NCBI RefSeq assembly: GCF_036971445.1
Contig: NC_091479.1
Span: forward strand, 7,688,001 to 7,752,000
From: Narcine bancroftii
Lineage: Eukaryota
DNA length: 64,000 nucleotides
Reading direction: 5' to 3'
A program made the translations under genes and the position numbers. Below the pieces are notes generated by a model that ran no database searches, was not told where the DNA came from, and saw nothing but the letters and a program-made list of their open reading frames with translations. Position 1 is the first letter of the stretch. Every line of letters begins with the position of its first letter. Positions 61,606-64,000 of the stretch are shown piece after piece.

Positions 61606-61805
61606 NNNNNNNNNNNNNNNNNNNNNNNNNNNNNNNNNNNNNNNNNNNNNNNNNNNNNNNNNNNNNNNNNNNNNNNNNNNNNNNNNNNNNNNNNNNNNNN
61701 NNNNNNNNNNNNNNNNNNNNNNNNNNNNNNNNNNNNNNNNNNNNNNNNNNNNNNNNNNNNNNNNNNNNNNNNNNNNNNNNNNNNNNNNNNNNNNNNNNNN
61801 NNNNN
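61606..61805. other. Assembly gap (200 N)
   Basis: Run of N. Confidence 1.
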
Positions 61806-61919
61806 TCAGTAATATATCTTTACCTCCAGAACCGCTGAATTCCTGCAGCATTTCTGTGTATTTTTACTGCAGTCACACTGTCTGCAGAGCACCTTTTTTT
61901 ATTCACATCTCTTAGCATG

Positions 61920-63400
61920 TAGTCCTGCTGCCTGGAATGAGCCAGTCAGCAGTATTCCCACACCAACATCTCCATGTGCTGAATGGCCGACAGGTTTTGG
62001 GCAAACCAAAGAGTGTCTTCCAGCAGTTCCGACTGTGTGTCCTTGGGAACAGCCTGTAGATCAGCTCGTCCTCTTGAGCTGCTGCTGGGGATGAATCATG
62101 ACAATGACCCCTGCATCCTTCTCCACACACTTAACCGAATCTGTCCTCTGCATAGAATGGGCGACTCTCTCCACTCCACCCCACTGCAGTCATCTTGGGA
62201 CAACGTGCATTGTGGGTGATGCTTCAGTCATACAGGAAGGATCTGACTGTGCTGGGTTCTCACTGACAGTCAGACCAAGTCCTTGGTGCTTGTTTGTGAG
62301 ATCTGGCGATGAGACATTCCATCAGATGATCAGGACGGTCTGCTCAGGGAACCACCCCACTAAGAAACAAATCCTCATCTCTCCGTAATCTTCAGGATGC
62401 TCTGTGCTGACCCCTGCCTGATGGCCTTGTGGTCAAAGGTGTTGGTCTTGAAGAACTTTTCCATGTGGCCAAGTCCAGTTGACTGGGGGGACGTTGTGCG
62501 GCAATGGGGCCAGCCCTATACTTTGCAACACCTGGGATGGTAGAATATCAGCACAGAGTGGCACTCGGTGACCTTGTACTTGGGTTCCAAGCATCGTCTG
62601 ATGCAGACACACAGGAAGGTGGTCCTCAGGTTGAAGGCCACATTGGGTATGCCCTTGCCCCATTGTCTGCGACTTGAACATGGCGACTCTTCGGACCATT
62701 TCAATCCCGGATCCCCCATATGAACTCGAAATCAGCTCTGGTGACCACCAGGATGGAGGTCTCGAGACTGGGCCATTCCTGGGTCTCGTACGGCAGTCCC
62801 GGGCAGTCCCTGTCCTGCACTTAGGCGATAGCATTCCTTAGCAGTTATCCTAGATCTTCCTGCACAGAACAGTGCAGTATGGTCTGTGAAGATTACTTGC
62901 TCCTGGCAGACTTGACTTGATTGGCGAAGGCCTTGGACGCATTTGACAATTATCAGTGATGGGTCTCCGATTCCTGATCTCTCCTTCTTGATGATGATGA
63001 TGATGCCCTTCATCATGGAGTCTGCCAGGAGCACAGCATTGTCTTCTTCGAGCTGGTTTGGGCCCTCCTCCAGTCCCACAGAGCCGTGTGCAATTCAGTC
63101 AGTCAGCCATTGCTTCCGGAGACTTGTTGGGGACCCAAAGAAACAGATGGAGTCATTCAGCTCCCCAGGGTAATTGGCAGTCCAGACTTTCTCTGTCTTA
63201 GTCAGGAGGTTTTTTTTTGGGGGGGGGTGGTATTCTGCCTGTACCCTTCATGTCATACAGTTCAGCATTAAAGGTTCTGAAAATCCTCTCTATGCCCATC
63301 TGCGAGGATGTGGCTGAGCCGTCCTCTTCCTTAAGGTGGACAGATTTGCTATCAGCCGAAATTGTCCAGTGCCCCTTTCAGTCAGAGATAGAGAAGCAAA
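61920..63400 (-). mobile_element. Degenerate Tx1-like (L1 clade) ORF2 fragment
   Basis: Minus-strand peptides such as LAPLPHNVP and HMEKFFKTNTFDHKAIRQ with RT-like remnants; many frameshifts. Confidence 0.55.
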
Positions 63401-64000
63401 AGAGAGACACCTCTTCCCCCCCCCCCCCCCCCCCCCCCCCCCAGTGCACCTGCAGCCTTTGTAGCCACACAGCCTTCCATCTGAACCGTTAGCAATACAA
63501 GCTCCAGATGTATGTCTCTGACACGATGAGGAAGCCTCTCACATCCCGTTCTGTGACCGCAGTTCCCCGCAGCTTGCGGGCGTACCTCTCCTCAGTTCTT
63601 CAGCCTTGGAGCCCCTTCTGGTTTGCCAGTGTGGTCACTGGCCTGTGGTTTGTCTCCTCTGCTTCTCCTTCTAACCGGAGAATTTTCTAGTTCCCTGTGC
63701 TGGTCCTCTGCGTGGCCGGTCTGCAGCTCCACTTGCCAAATGCCTTCTGGATGTTAATGTGTGCCATAGGACTGCCTTGCTCTAATCAATCCATGTTAAA
63801 TAATACTCTACAATGGTGACTAAATTCTTAATCCAATTTGAGTATTCTACAATTGAAATTTCTACATGTTAAAAGTTTTCTTTCAGTGGCTGTTCTCCAC
63901 CTGAGCTTTGAAGCTGCTTCATTGGTGATTGGGCAAGAGTAATGAACTTTAACCTTACTCCTGCTTAAGTACGTAGAAATATACGTTTTTCCCTTATGTA

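Overview
Vertebrate genomic DNA, most likely a cartilaginous fish (inferred from the mix of CR1, Penelope, V-SINE-like, Rex1, Tx1 and L1 repeats). Three spliced housekeeping genes lie in tandem on the + strand. NGRN has 3 exons (~296 aa) and HDDC3/MESH1 has 4 exons (180 aa). VPS33B coding exons 1-21 of the expected 23 are present; the last two are not seen and a 200-N gap lies at 61606-61805. All exons were delimited by hand, with GT-AG sites and consistent phases. Introns are repeat-rich: an intact full-length L1 with a 15-bp TSD, a second L1 5' half, truncated L1s, Chapaev3-like and MITE DNA elements, 5S-derived SINE3s, tRNA SINEs and Penelope-like remnants with hammerhead-like motifs. The most notable observations are (1) an upstream ORF in both L1 5' regions that could join ORF1 through an in-phase A_AAA_AAC -1 slippery site, (2) a minisatellite built from the VPS33B exon-1/donor junction that creates about 9 decoy 5' splice sites, (3) fold-back Penelope remnants with variant hammerhead cores, and (4) a candidate L1-derived poison exon in VPS33B. 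No searches were run; family names rest on motif recognition.
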